64,000 bases of DNA, taken from positions 2,496,001 to 2,560,000 of the forward strand of contig CBDDPY010000002.1 in NCBI GenBank assembly GCA_965232515.1, given 5' to 3'. Below the pieces are notes generated by a model. The model was not told the origin of the DNA. It saw nothing but the letters and a program-made list of their open reading frames with translations, and made no database searches. A program made the position numbers and the translations under genes. This DNA comes from Alphaproteobacteria bacterium (GTDB lineage: Bacteria; Pseudomonadota; Alphaproteobacteria; GCA-2731375). This document shows positions 28,575 through 38,740 of the stretch, one piece after another. Every line of letters begins with the position of its first letter. Position 1 is the stretch's first letter.

Positions 28575-29774
28575 ATGACGACCACCGATCTCGCCGATCA
28601 GATCACCGCCTTCAAGCGATCCCTCGCCGATCGCAAGGACGACCTGCGGCGGGCATTCGTCGAGCTGGAGGATCACATCAAGGCCGAGGTCGACACGATC
28701 CTTGCCGACCAGGCCGCCGGCCGCGCCGTCGTTCCCGAGATCGGCTACCCCGACATCCGCGACGGCAAGGTTGGCGATGCAACGAAGGCGGCGATCCGCC
28801 GCCGCGGCGCCGTCATCATCCGCGAGGTCTTTTCCGAAGCCCAGGCGACAGCCTGGAATGCCGAGATCATTGCCTACGCCGAACGCAACGGCTTCTACGC
28901 GCAAGCCGAAGCGGCGCCCGGTGCCGGTCGGCCACAGATGCTCAGCCTCTATTGGTCGCGCGCCCAGGTTGCCGCGCGCCAGGCCCCGACGCTCGCCGAC
29001 ACCCGACGGTTCCTCAACCATCTCTGGCGCTTCGACGGCGCCGGCATCGATCCCGATCACGAATACAGCTATGCCGACCGCGTCCGCCGCCGCGAACCCG
29101 GCGACCGCACGTTGACGCTCGGCCCCCATATCGACGGCGGCGCGGCCGAGCGCTGGCTCGAGCCCGGCTTTCAACAGCTCTACGCGCCCGTGTTCGCCGG
29201 CGACTGGCGCGCCTTCGATCCCTTCGACGGCCGGTGCCGGACAACCGCGAACGCAACGCCCTCGCTGCTGGTTTGCAGCATGTTCCGCACTTGGCAGGGC
29301 TGGACCGCTCTGACGCCGCAGGGCCCGGGCGACGGCACACTGCAACTCATCCCCATCGCCCAGGGCATGACCCATATGCTGCTGCGCGCGCTGCAAACCG
29401 ACGCGCCCGACGACCAACTACCGGGCGCGGACCCCGGCCGCGGTCTCTGGCCCGACATCGACTGGCACGCGCCGCTTTTGAATGGCCTGGTCTCGATCCC
29501 GGCCGTCGGTCCCGGCGACACCGTCTGGTGGCACTGCGATCTCGTGCACGCCGTCGAGCCCCTGCACAACGGAACGGCCGAGAGCAACGTGTTCTACATC
29601 GCCGCCGCCCCCGACTGCGCCCGGAACCGCGCCTATCTCGAAAAACAAAAGGCGGCTTTCCTCGACGGCCGCAGCGCCCCCGACTTCCGGCCCGAACACT
29701 ACGAAACCGCTTACCCCGACCGCGCCACGCCCGCCGACCTCACAGATCTTGGCCGCCGGCAGATGGGGTTTTGA
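28575..29774 (+). CDS. DUF1479/YbiU (Gig2-like) putative Fe/2OG oxygenase
   Basis: YWSRAQVAARQ, YADRVRRR, HIDGG, FRTWQGW and WHCDLVHAVE motifs. Confidence 0.87.
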   Translation: MTTTDLADQITAFKRSLADRKDDLRRAFVELEDHIKAEVDTILADQAAGRAVVPEIGYPDIRDGKVGDATKAAIRRRGAVIIREVFSEAQATAWNAEIIAYAERNGFYAQAEAAPGAGRPQMLSLYWSRAQVAARQAPTLADTRRFLNHLWRFDGAGIDPDHEYSYADRVRRREPGDRTLTLGPHIDGGAAERWLEPGFQQLYAPVFAGDWRAFDPFDGRCRTTANATPSLLVCSMFRTWQGWTALTPQGPGDGTLQLIPIAQGMTHMLLRALQTDAPDDQLPGADPGRGLWPDIDWHAPLLNGLVSIPAVGPGDTVWWHCDLVHAVEPLHNGTAESNVFYIAAAPDCARNRAYLEKQKAAFLDGRSAPDFRPEHYETAYPDRATPADLTDLGRRQMGF

Positions 29775-29831
29775 GCCCCGAGAACCTCCCACAGCCGTTC
29801 GCGTTTGGTCTAAAGGGGTCAGGTCTCGGAT

Positions 29832-30392
29832 TTAATCAGGTTGGCGACGGTACGTGTACACACGGTTTCGTCTCGATTGCTCGCCGAACAGACCCGAGCG
29901 GCGGATCGCGCCCGGCACCCAGCCGGCGATCGGAAACTGCCAGACGGCCATGACGCCGTCCGGTTTCAGCACCCGGTGCATCTCGGGCAACAGACGGTCG
30001 AGCGGCAGCGACGGGAACGGCAGCACGCCGAACAGCAGCGCCCGGTCCATGCTGGCATCGTCGAGTCCGGTATCGAGCGCATCCCGCCGCACCACGTCCA
30101 CATTGCGCAGCCCCGCCATCGCGACCTTTTCTCTTAGGCGTTCAGCATAACCCGCCAACGGTTCCATCGCGATCAGGCGACCCTGCGGGCCGATCAGCTC
30201 GGCCGCCGGCAGGGTGAAGAAGCCGGTGCCGCTGCCCACCTCCAGGACCGTCTGGCCTGGTGCGATATCGGCGCCGTGAAGGATCTTCACCGGATCGTGC
30301 AACAGGCGCCGCAGCCGGCTCTCCATGGCCCAGCCGGCAGGCTTGAAAACCAGGTTCAGGAGCCGTGAATTGCCGAGCTCTTCGGTCTTCAT
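29832..30392 (-). CDS. Class I SAM-dependent methyltransferase
   Basis: VLEVGSGTGF and RVLKPDG motifs. Confidence 0.85.
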   Translation of the reverse strand: MKTEELGNSRLLNLVFKPAGWAMESRLRRLLHDPVKILHGADIAPGQTVLEVGSGTGFFTLPAAELIGPQGRLIAMEPLAGYAERLREKVAMAGLRNVDVVRRDALDTGLDDASMDRALLFGVLPFPSLPLDRLLPEMHRVLKPDGVMAVWQFPIAGWVPGAIRRSGLFGEQSRRNRVYTYRRQPD

Positions 30393-30474
30393 GTGTTCTG
30401 CCCCAGGTCGGCCGGGATGCCCTCCGGGGCGCAGCTTGCATGCCCCCGTCGACTGCGGTCAAACACCGGTCCGG

Positions 30475-31629
30475 CTAGTCGACCGTCCGCAGGGCGAACA
30501 GCATGGCCGACGACGACAAGCAAACCAGTCCGATGCCGCACACGGCCGCCGCCGTCCAACCGCCATGCACGACGAACAGCGCGAACAGCGGCGGGCCGGC
30601 CAGCGACCCGCTCGCGCCGGTATGCGCGATCAGCGCGTTGACGCGCGAGAGATCGCCTGCCGTCGCGATCTTCGGCAGCAGCGAGAACGCCATCGACGGA
30701 AAGACGCCCGACAGAGCATTCAAGGCGACAAAGAGGCAAACGGCCGGCGTGGCCGCGAGGGCGCCTGAAAACACGAACACGAGGAGAACCGCCGGCACGG
30801 TCAGCGCGCTCAACAGCACACCCGTCTGCCAGCCCGTCGACGCCACGCCGTACCGCGCCAGCAGCAACGGCACGATCAGCCCGGCCGCGTTGACGAAGGC
30901 GGCGAGCCCGGTCGCGAGACCGGCCGCCGAGAACGTCATGCCGAACTCGGCCACGAAAAATTCGGGCGCCAACGCCAGCATGCCGACCGTGAACGCGGTA
31001 TAGAGACCGAACCCGCCGGCGAAGACCCACGGTCGAAGATGGGCACCGTGGCGACCATCGGCGTGTTGCGCCGCGCGCTCGATGATCGGCAACGATGGCG
31101 GCAGCATGACCAGTACGAGCGCGACGCCGGCCCAGAGCCCGAGCCCGAAGCGCCAGGAGAGCAGGTCCGCCAGCGGTCCGGAAACCACGGCGCCCAGCGT
31201 GAAGCCGATCGGAAAGAACGTGCTCCAGACCGCGAGCGCCAGAGGCCGTTTCTCCACCGATACGCTGTGCGCCATCAGCACGGGCGCCGAGATCACGACG
31301 CCGAGATAGCCGAGGCCGTCGAGGACGCGGGCGGCGAACAGGAGCGTCGCGTTGCCGGACGCCGCCGCCAGCAGGCTGCCCGCCACGAACAAGAGCAACC
31401 CGGCCCTGAGCGCCCGCCGGTGCGTCTGCGCGCGCACCAGGCGTTCGGCCGACGTCGCGAACAGCGCGCCGCCGAACTCGACCAGCGAGATCAGCACCGA
31501 GCCGAGGACGAGACCGATGGCGAGCTCCCGCGAGATCGCCGGCATCAGCACCGGCATCTTGCCGAGCTGCGCCGTCGCCAGCACGCCCGTCAGGTAGAGC
31601 CAGACCAGTGTGAAGTTGCGTCGATCCAT
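30475..31629 (-). CDS. MFS transporter (CynX/NimT-like)
   Basis: About 12 hydrophobic segments; QLGKMP and ARVLDGLG motifs; start at MDRRNF. Confidence 0.82.
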   Translation of the reverse strand: MDRRNFTLVWLYLTGVLATAQLGKMPVLMPAISRELAIGLVLGSVLISLVEFGGALFATSAERLVRAQTHRRALRAGLLLFVAGSLLAAASGNATLLFAARVLDGLGYLGVVISAPVLMAHSVSVEKRPLALAVWSTFFPIGFTLGAVVSGPLADLLSWRFGLGLWAGVALVLVMLPPSLPIIERAAQHADGRHGAHLRPWVFAGGFGLYTAFTVGMLALAPEFFVAEFGMTFSAAGLATGLAAFVNAAGLIVPLLLARYGVASTGWQTGVLLSALTVPAVLLVFVFSGALAATPAVCLFVALNALSGVFPSMAFSLLPKIATAGDLSRVNALIAHTGASGSLAGPPLFALFVVHGGWTAAAVCGIGLVCLSSSAMLFALRTVD

Positions 31630-31676
31630 GATACCCCTTGGGCGGCATCTGGCATCGCGCGGGCGCGGAACGCACG

Positions 31677-31689
31677 GAATAAAGTATTC
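31677..31689. promoter_or_regulatory. Palindrome GAATA-AAG-TATTC, candidate XRE operator
   Basis: AT-rich dyad in the 69-bp divergent gap, about 10 bp before the regulator ATG. Confidence 0.45.
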
Positions 31690-31698
31690 ATCGACGGC

Positions 31699-32271
31699 AT
31701 GACGGGACATCTGACGATCGGCGACAACGCGGCCTTTCTCGGCCGCAGCCTGCGCAGATGGCGGGCGATCCGGCGCTGCAAGCAGACGCATGCGGCCGAG
31801 CTGCTGAACGTCTCGCAGGCGACGGTGTCGCGCTGGGAGAACGGCACCCAGACGCCCGACCCGGACGAGCGCGCCGCCATCGCCCGCCTCCTGGCGGCCC
31901 GCCTCGACGCGCCGGCGGACCGTCAGCTCGCCCGGCTGGTCGAACGGTCCACCCTGCCGCTACATCTGGTCTGCGACCTGACCCACGACCTGCTCGCCTG
32001 CTCCGCCCCCCGCGCGCGGCAGTTTCACCTCGATGTCGGCGATGTGATCGGCACCTCGCTCTGGCCCTGCGCGTCCGACGAGATCGTCCGCGCCGAAGCG
32101 CGCCTGCCCGAGATCGGCTGGTATGACGAACCCGGCATGGTGGTCGAGGCCGAGACCGGCGCGCGGCCGGGCCCTGTTATCGACATCGAAGCGAGCCGCT
32201 TCCGCTGGACGCGCATGCAGCTCTCGGACGGCGGCTTCGTCCGGCTCGTCGAGACGGTCGGCACGGCCTAG
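31699..32271 (+). CDS. XRE-family HTH regulator with C-terminal PAS-like domain
   Basis: KQTHAAELLNVSQATVSRWENG helix-turn-helix. Confidence 0.82.
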   Translation: MTGHLTIGDNAAFLGRSLRRWRAIRRCKQTHAAELLNVSQATVSRWENGTQTPDPDERAAIARLLAARLDAPADRQLARLVERSTLPLHLVCDLTHDLLACSAPRARQFHLDVGDVIGTSLWPCASDEIVRAEARLPEIGWYDEPGMVVEAETGARPGPVIDIEASRFRWTRMQLSDGGFVRLVETVGTA

Positions 32272-32285
32272 ACGGACGGAGAAGC

Positions 32286-32750
32286 ATGCCGAAGAAACAG
32301 CGCCCCTTCGACGATCCCGCCGTCAAGGCCGTGTTCGACGCCTATCCCAGCCCGCTGCGCGCCGACCTGCTGGCCCTGCGCGCCCTGATCCTCGACACGG
32401 CGTCCGCGACCGACGGCGTCGGCCCGCTGGTCGAGACGCTCAAATGGGGCCAGCCGTCCTACCTGCCGGCACGCCCGCGCATCGGCACGACGGTCCGCAT
32501 CGACGCGCTGAAGGACCGCCCCGGCGGCTACGCGCTTTTCGTGCACTGCCAGTCCCGGCTGGCCGACACCTTCCGCCAGCACTACCCCGGCCAGTTCACC
32601 TTCGAGGGCAACCGGGCGCTGCTGTTCACGAGCGGGCAGCCACGTCCCGACGACGCCCTCAAACATTGCATCGCGCTCGCCCTCACCCATCACCTGCGCA
32701 AGCGCCGGCCGAAGGCCGGGCATGACAAGGCGGCGGCGAACGTCCGATAA
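32286..32750 (+). CDS. DUF1801 (YdhG-like) protein
   Basis: ETLKWGQPSY, FVHCQ and FEGNRA motifs. Confidence 0.8.
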   Translation: MPKKQRPFDDPAVKAVFDAYPSPLRADLLALRALILDTASATDGVGPLVETLKWGQPSYLPARPRIGTTVRIDALKDRPGGYALFVHCQSRLADTFRQHYPGQFTFEGNRALLFTSGQPRPDDALKHCIALALTHHLRKRRPKAGHDKAAANVR

Positions 32751-32784
32751 TCCGCACGGGGGTCGGATCGACAGGAAGCGCCAC

Positions 32785-33219
32785 GTGATCGAGTCCGCCG
32801 GAAGCAAACGCCGCGGCCAGTGCCTGTGCGGCGGCGTCGCGTTCGAGATCGCCGTGCCCAGGCCCAGCTACCACGTCTGCCATTGCGGCATGTGCCGCCG
32901 CTGGGGCGGCGGCCCCTGGATGTCGGTGATCTGTCCCGGCCCCGCCACCTTCATCTCGGACGCGACGCTCGCCTGGTACCGGGGCTCGAAATGGGCCGAG
33001 CGCGGCCACTGCACCAAGTGCGGTTCCAGTCTGTTCTTCCGCCTGGCGGCCAAGCCCGACGCCGTCACCGCCATCTCGGTCGACGCCTTCGACGACAACG
33101 CCGACTTCACCCTCGGCCGCCACATCTACGTCGACGCCCAACCCGCCCGCTACGCCTTCGCCGACGACTGCCCCCGCCTCACGGAGGCCGAATTCCAGGC
33201 CGAGATGCGGGGTGGTTAA
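32785..33219 (+). CDS. GFA/CENP-V family Zn protein
   Basis: GQCLCG, CHCGMCRRW and RGHCTKCGSSL motifs; GTG start approximate. Confidence 0.88.
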   Translation: MIESAGSKRRGQCLCGGVAFEIAVPRPSYHVCHCGMCRRWGGGPWMSVICPGPATFISDATLAWYRGSKWAERGHCTKCGSSLFFRLAAKPDAVTAISVDAFDDNADFTLGRHIYVDAQPARYAFADDCPRLTEAEFQAEMRGG

Positions 33220-33279
33220 GGCCGGCGGCGCAAAGGCGTGACAAACCTCGCATAATGGGCGGCAACGGACGGCAAGTCT

Positions 33280-34083
33280 TCACGGGCTAGCGGCCCGGGC
33301 TTCATAACGAACCCAGCGATAGGACCGCTCATCCCGATAGCCAAGCTTCCGGGCGACGCGTATCGAGGCGGTGTTGGTCTGATGACAACTCCAGTAGGTT
33401 GGAACGCCTTCCCTCGTATAGCTTCTGATGAGAGGTGCACAGGTGATCGCGGCGAAGTTGCAGCCTCTATGGCCCTGCTTGGTGAAGACCACCAATTCCA
33501 CGCGCCCCGCGCCCTTAAACAGGCCGTAGGCTTCACTCAACATCTCGTCGTGATGCATCAGACACATGCCATGGCAATGCGCAAAGAAACGATCGGCGCT
33601 TCCACAGGCGGCAAGAATTTCGCCATGCCAGAGGCAGCGCGCCAGGAGGCTTCGGTCGATCGGCACGATCCGATAGCAAGCGGGTAGCGACTGCATGAGC
33701 CCGTCGGCGTCGTCGAAATTTGGATCACGGGCGGTAAACTCGAGCCGGCTAACAATGCGGCTGTGGTTGGAAGGGAGTGATCGCGCCTCGAATTCCGCCT
33801 CGGAAATCACCAGTCGTATGGCCCCTTTCCTGCGAGAAGCCAGGACGGCGTCCGCCAGAAAACCGTCCGTCACCCGGCCGCCAAAAAACGTCGCGCCATA
33901 GTGCGTGCGGACAACCGCTTGAGAGGGCGAGGTCGCGCTGTCAACCAGCGCCAATCCAGGGTAGCGGCCTTCCAGTGTCGCAAAGAGCATCGTGTCGTTT
34001 GGCCTTCCGGGGGCGAACAACCTGACAAGCTTTGGGCAGGTGGTCGGACACGACTGCATCTTGCGACTATAGAGGCTGGCCAA
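33280..34083 (-). CDS. GNAT family acetyltransferase (start uncertain)
   Basis: T...HRGCNFA, YWSC...NTASIRVARKLGY motifs; codon usage differs from neighbours. Confidence 0.7.
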   Translation of the reverse strand: MASLYSRKMQSCPTTCPKLVRLFAPGRPNDTMLFATLEGRYPGLALVDSATSPSQAVVRTHYGATFFGGRVTDGFLADAVLASRRKGAIRLVISEAEFEARSLPSNHSRIVSRLEFTARDPNFDDADGLMQSLPACYRIVPIDRSLLARCLWHGEILAACGSADRFFAHCHGMCLMHHDEMLSEAYGLFKGAGRVELVVFTKQGHRGCNFAAITCAPLIRSYTREGVPTYWSCHQTNTASIRVARKLGYRDERSYRWVRYEARAASP

Positions 34084-34179
34084 TCTCTGATCAGGATTTC
34101 CGTGCGTTCAGGCCCCAGGTCCAACGCGGAAGGCGTTCAGCGCTGAGCCGGCGTGGAAACAGGCGGACCGGACGACGAG

Positions 34180-34293
34180 CATCTGCGTCGACACCCAACC
34201 CGCCGGCTACGAATTCGCCGACGACTGCCCACGCCTGACCCATGCCGAGCTCCTGGCCGAGATGCGGGGTTAGGGCCAGCGGGAAGGCGTGAC
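34180..34293 (+). pseudogene. Orphan duplicate of the GFA gene 3' end plus downstream sequence
   Basis: Translates ICVDTQPAGYEFADDCPRLTHAELLAEMRG* versus IYVDAQPARYAFADDCPRLTEAEFQAEMRGG* within 33123-33242. Confidence 0.88.
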
Positions 34294-34445
34294 GCCGAAG
34301 GGATCGTGTCTTTTACGGGATGCGGTTGAACCGGGGCCAATCCGCCAACCGCGAAACGCCGCGATCCCGCGCCTAGGAATTCCCCTCAACCTGACGCATA
34401 ATTGCCGTCAAGCAACATCAACCAGAACGGCAATGGGGGTGCACG

Positions 34446-35354
34446 GTGAAACCGGAAGGAACGGCGTGGCCGGAAAAGACCAGGGAGTTGCACAACCATC
34501 ATATCGACTCGACGGTCTGGAACGATTTCCAGTTCCGCTCTGACGACATCGTCATCGCCACTTACGCGAAATCCGGCACCACGTGGCTACAGCAGATCAT
34601 CAGTCAGCTCATCTTCAACGGCCAGGAAGGTCTGCCGGTGGCGGACATGTCGCCCTGGGTGGACCTGCGCATCCCGCCCAAGGAAGTCAAACTGCCCGAG
34701 CTGGAGAAGCAGACGCACCGGCGGTTCGTGAAAACCCATCTGCCCGTCGACGCGCTCGTGTTCTCGCCGGACGCCAAGTACATCTACATCGGTCGGGACG
34801 GGCGCGACGTCGTCTGGAGCCTGTACAACCACCACGCCAATGCCAACGCGCTCTGGTACGAGGCGCTGAACGACACGCCGGGGCGCGTTGGTCCGGCGAT
34901 CGAACCGCCGCCGGACTCCGTCGTTCAGTACTTCCGCGACTGGCTGGCAAAAGACGGCTTTCCGTTCTGGTCGTTCTGGGAAAACGTCCGGTCCTGGTGG
35001 GCGATCCGCGAACTGCCGAACGTAATGCTGATCCATTTCGCAGAACTCAAAGCGGATATGCCCGGCGAGATTCGGCGCATCGCATCTTTCCTCGATATCC
35101 CAATCGATGAGTCCAAGTGGGATGCCATCGTCGCCCATTGCAGCTTCGACTATATGAAAGCGAACGCCACGGCGAGCGTGCCGCTCGGCGGCATATTCTG
35201 GGAGGGCGGCGCCGAAACCTTCCTGCACAAGGGCACCAACGACCGCTGGCGCGACACGCTCAGCACGGACGAAGCCGCCGCCTACGAGCAAAAGGCGCGC
35301 GCCGAACTCGGGCCGGCATGCGCCGAATGGCTGCGCACCGGCACCCTGTCATAG
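34446..35354 (+). CDS. PAPS-dependent sulfotransferase (SULT-like)
   Basis: TYAKSGTTW, KTHLP, RDGRDVVWS and KGTNDRW motifs. Confidence 0.92.
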   Translation: MKPEGTAWPEKTRELHNHHIDSTVWNDFQFRSDDIVIATYAKSGTTWLQQIISQLIFNGQEGLPVADMSPWVDLRIPPKEVKLPELEKQTHRRFVKTHLPVDALVFSPDAKYIYIGRDGRDVVWSLYNHHANANALWYEALNDTPGRVGPAIEPPPDSVVQYFRDWLAKDGFPFWSFWENVRSWWAIRELPNVMLIHFAELKADMPGEIRRIASFLDIPIDESKWDAIVAHCSFDYMKANATASVPLGGIFWEGGAETFLHKGTNDRWRDTLSTDEAAAYEQKARAELGPACAEWLRTGTLS

Positions 35355-35392
35355 ATCTTTTCCCGCCGCGTACCTTGCCCGATGTCGCTGCT

Positions 35393-37672
35393 TCACGCCG
35401 CCGCCCGGATCGCGTTCAGGGCCGAGCCGGCGTGGAACCAGGTGAGCTGGTCGGCCGTGAACGAGTGTGCCAGCGTCAGCGTTTCCTCGCTGCCGTCGGC
35501 GTGGGCGACACGGCAGGTGACAGGCTGGCCGGGCGCGAGGTTGGCGAGGTCGATCAGGCTCAAGCGATCATCTTCGCAGATACGGTCGTAGTCTGATGCG
35601 TCCGTGAAGGTGAGCGGCAGCAGGCCCTGCTTTTTCAGGTTGGATTCGTGGATGCGGGCGAAGCCGCGGGCGATCACGGCCGCGCCGCCGAGCAGGCGCG
35701 GCGACAGGGCGGCGTGCTCGCGGCTGCTGCCCTCGCCGTAATTGGCGTCGCCGACGATGACCCAGCGCAGCCCCTGCGCCTGGTAGTGCCGGGCGGTCTC
35801 CGCGAAGGGTGCGGCCGCCGCGCTAGTCAGCACGTTGCGGCCGGCGCCGACGTCGCCGGTGTAGGCGTTCACCGCGCCCATCAGCATGTTGTCGCTGAAA
35901 CGGTCGAGATGGCCGCGATAGCGCAGCCAGGGACCGGCCGGCGAGATCTGGTCGGTCGTGGTCTTGCCCCGCGCCTTCGCCAGCACCGGCATGTCCACGA
36001 AGTCTTCGCCGTCCCAGGCCGGCCAGGGCGCCATCGCCTGCAGGCGCTCGCTGTCGGGTTTCAACGTCAGCACGACGCCGCCGTTGCCGGCGGGCGGCGC
36101 CACATAGGCGCGGACGCCCGCATCGAAGCCCTTGGCCGGCACCTCGGGCGCCGGCTTCGGCGGCCGCAGCATGAACTCGCTGCCGTCGGCCCCCGTCAGG
36201 CTGTCAGTCAGCGGGTTGAACGACAGCCGGCCGGCGAGTGCGAACGCCGTCGCCAGCTCGGGGCTGCAGATGAAGTTCATGGTCGACGGCCGGCCGTCGT
36301 TGCGCCGCGGGAAGTTACGGTTGTAGGACGTGACGATGGTGTTGGGCGCGTCGGCCGCGTCGCCGGCCCGCCGCCACTGGCCGATGCAGGGTCCGCAGGC
36401 ATTCGCCAGCACCGTGCCGCCGACGGCTTCCAGCGTCCGCATCTGGCCGTCGCGTTCGATGGTGGCGCGGATCTGCTCGGAACCCGGCGTCACCAGGAAT
36501 GGCGCGGCGGCCGTCAGCCCATGCCCGGCGGCCTGTTGGGCGACATCGGCGGCCCGGCTCATGTCCTCGTACGACGAGTTCGTGCAGCTGCCGATCAGGA
36601 CGCTGCTGATGGCGTCGCAAAATTCGTTTTCGGCCTCGGCGACCTCGGCCGCCAGCGCCGAGACCGGCCGCGCCCGGTCCGGCGTGTGCGGCCCGACCAC
36701 GTGCGGCTCCAACGTCGACAGATTCAGTTCCACGACCTGGTCGTAAAACCGTTCCGGATCGGCCTCGACCTCGGCGTCGGGCGCCAACAGGTCGCGGTGC
36801 CGCTCGGCATGCGGCACCAGATCGCCGCGTCCCGTCGCGTGCAGATACCGGCTCATACGCGCGTCGAACGGAAAAACCGACGTCGTCGCGCCCAGCTCGG
36901 CGCCCATGTTGGTGATCGTCGCCTTGCCGGTGGCGCTGATGGTGCGCGCGCCGGGGCCGATATACTCGAGAACAGCGTTGGTGCCGCCGGCCACGCCCAG
37001 CCGGCCGGCGACATAGAGAATGACGTCCTTCGGCGCGGTCCAACCGCCGAGTTCTCCGGACAGATAAACCGCGATGCGGCGCGGATACAACAGCTCCCAC
37101 GGCAGCCCGGCGATGGTCTCGACCGCGTCCGCCCCGCCGACGCCCACGGCGCACGCGCCCAGCCCGCCGGCGTTCGGCGTATGCGAATCCGTGCCGATGA
37201 TCAGCGCGCCGGGCACGGCATAGTTCTCCAGCACCACCTGGTGGATGATGCCGGCGCCCGGCTCCCAGAAGCCGGCGCCGTATCTCGCCGCCGCCGAGCG
37301 TAGAAAGTCGTAGACCTCGCCGTTCTCCGCCAGCGAGTCCTTGAGGTCGGCCGCGCCGCCGACCCGCGCCTGGATCAGATGGTCGCAATGGATCGTCGTC
37401 GGCACGGCCACCTTCTCGCGGCCGGTCTGCATGAACTGCAGCATCCCGGTCTGGCCCAGCACGTCCTGAAACACCACGCGATCCGGCCGCAGGCGGAGTT
37501 GGCTCTTGCCTGGAACCAGCTCTTGCGTCTCCGGCGCATCCAAGTGGCCCAGCAGCAGCTTGTCGGCGAGCGTCAACGGCCGGTCCAGCCGCCGCCGGAC
37601 GATCGCCAGGTTCCGCGCCATGGTCGCGTAGAGCTCTGCGACCGTTTCGGGGGTCGGTTCGATGGAAAGCAT
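35393..37672 (-). CDS. Aconitate hydratase, mitochondrial-type architecture
   Basis: HCDHLI, GIIHQ, DSHT, IGSCTNSSY, NACGPCIGQW and NYGEGSSREHAA motifs; 759 aa. Confidence 0.92.
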   Translation of the reverse strand: MLSIEPTPETVAELYATMARNLAIVRRRLDRPLTLADKLLLGHLDAPETQELVPGKSQLRLRPDRVVFQDVLGQTGMLQFMQTGREKVAVPTTIHCDHLIQARVGGAADLKDSLAENGEVYDFLRSAAARYGAGFWEPGAGIIHQVVLENYAVPGALIIGTDSHTPNAGGLGACAVGVGGADAVETIAGLPWELLYPRRIAVYLSGELGGWTAPKDVILYVAGRLGVAGGTNAVLEYIGPGARTISATGKATITNMGAELGATTSVFPFDARMSRYLHATGRGDLVPHAERHRDLLAPDAEVEADPERFYDQVVELNLSTLEPHVVGPHTPDRARPVSALAAEVAEAENEFCDAISSVLIGSCTNSSYEDMSRAADVAQQAAGHGLTAAAPFLVTPGSEQIRATIERDGQMRTLEAVGGTVLANACGPCIGQWRRAGDAADAPNTIVTSYNRNFPRRNDGRPSTMNFICSPELATAFALAGRLSFNPLTDSLTGADGSEFMLRPPKPAPEVPAKGFDAGVRAYVAPPAGNGGVVLTLKPDSERLQAMAPWPAWDGEDFVDMPVLAKARGKTTTDQISPAGPWLRYRGHLDRFSDNMLMGAVNAYTGDVGAGRNVLTSAAAAPFAETARHYQAQGLRWVIVGDANYGEGSSREHAALSPRLLGGAAVIARGFARIHESNLKKQGLLPLTFTDASDYDRICEDDRLSLIDLANLAPGQPVTCRVAHADGSEETLTLAHSFTADQLTWFHAGSALNAIRAAA

Positions 37673-37763
37673 GGGCCACCGCTCCCTTCGTTATTCGTGT
37701 CGAAGATGTGGGCTGAACGTAGCGGCGCGAGAGCCATTAATCCAATATATGTTTAAGCCAAAA

Positions 37764-37784
37764 TCCATATCTGCTAGATATGGA
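37764..37784. promoter_or_regulatory. Palindrome TCCATATC-TGCTA-GATATGGA, candidate LysR recognition site
   Basis: Perfect 8-bp arms containing T-N11-A, directly before the LysR ATG in the divergent gap. Confidence 0.65.
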
Positions 37785-37787
37785 TCT

Positions 37788-38705
37788 ATGGAACTCCGCC
37801 ACCTCCGCTATTTCGTCGCCGTCGCCGAGGAAGGCCACGTCACGCGGGCCGCCGAACGGCTCGGAATCCAGCAGCCGCCGCTCAGCCAGCAGATCCGCGC
37901 GCTCGAGACCGAGCTCGACGTGCAGCTCTTCCGCCGCAAGCCGCGCGGCGTCGAGCTGACGGCGGCCGGCGAGGCGTTGCTCACCGACGCCCGCGCGATC
38001 CTCGACCATGTGGCGCATGCGCGCGCCGCCACGCAGCGTTCGGCGCGCGGCGAACGCGGCCGCGTTGTCGTCGGCTTCACCTCCTCGGCGCCGTTCCACC
38101 CTTTCGTGCCGCGGGTGATCCGCGCCTTCCGCGAGGCCTATGCCGACGTCTCCCTGGCACTGGAGGAAGGCGGCACGACAGAGCTCGTCGACGGTCTCGC
38201 CGATGAACGCCTCGATGTGGCTTTCATCCGCTCGCCCGCGCCCGAGGGCACCGGCCTCGCCGTGCACGCGCTCCTGAAAGAAGAGATGCTGGCCGCCGTT
38301 CCCAGTGGCCACCGGCTGGCGCCCGACCCGCCCGATAACAACCTGCCGCCGTTGGCCCTCGCCGACATCGCCGCCGAGCCGTTCATCCTCTATCGCCGAC
38401 ATGTCGGCCACGGCCTCTACGACGCCATCATCGCCGCCTGCCACCGCGCCGGCTTCAGCCCCAACATTGATCAGGAGGCGCCGCGCATCCTCTCGACGCT
38501 GAACCTGGTGGCCGCTGGCCTGGGCGTCTCGCTGGTGCCGGCCTCGCTCGGCCGCCTGGGCATGCCGGGCGTCGCCTACCGCCGCCTGAAAGGCCGCCCG
38601 GCGCTCGCCGCACCGCTCAACCTCGCCTGCCGCCGCGCCGAGCCCGCGCCGGCGACGCAGAACTTCATCCGCCTCGTCCGCCGCATGGCGAAGGCTACGC
38701 GTTAG
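37788..38705 (+). CDS. LysR family regulator
   Basis: MELRHLRYF...AAERLGIQQPPLSQQI helix-turn-helix. Confidence 0.95.
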   Translation: MELRHLRYFVAVAEEGHVTRAAERLGIQQPPLSQQIRALETELDVQLFRRKPRGVELTAAGEALLTDARAILDHVAHARAATQRSARGERGRVVVGFTSSAPFHPFVPRVIRAFREAYADVSLALEEGGTTELVDGLADERLDVAFIRSPAPEGTGLAVHALLKEEMLAAVPSGHRLAPDPPDNNLPPLALADIAAEPFILYRRHVGHGLYDAIIAACHRAGFSPNIDQEAPRILSTLNLVAAGLGVSLVPASLGRLGMPGVAYRRLKGRPALAAPLNLACRRAEPAPATQNFIRLVRRMAKATR

Positions 38706-38740
38706 CAAGCTGCTGAGAATGCCGTGATATCGATGCAAGT

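Noticed and set aside
29811-29833. TAAAGGGGTCAGGTCTCGGATTT, reminiscent of another REP-like end motif
   Set aside because: Single copy in the window; cannot be supported as a repeat.
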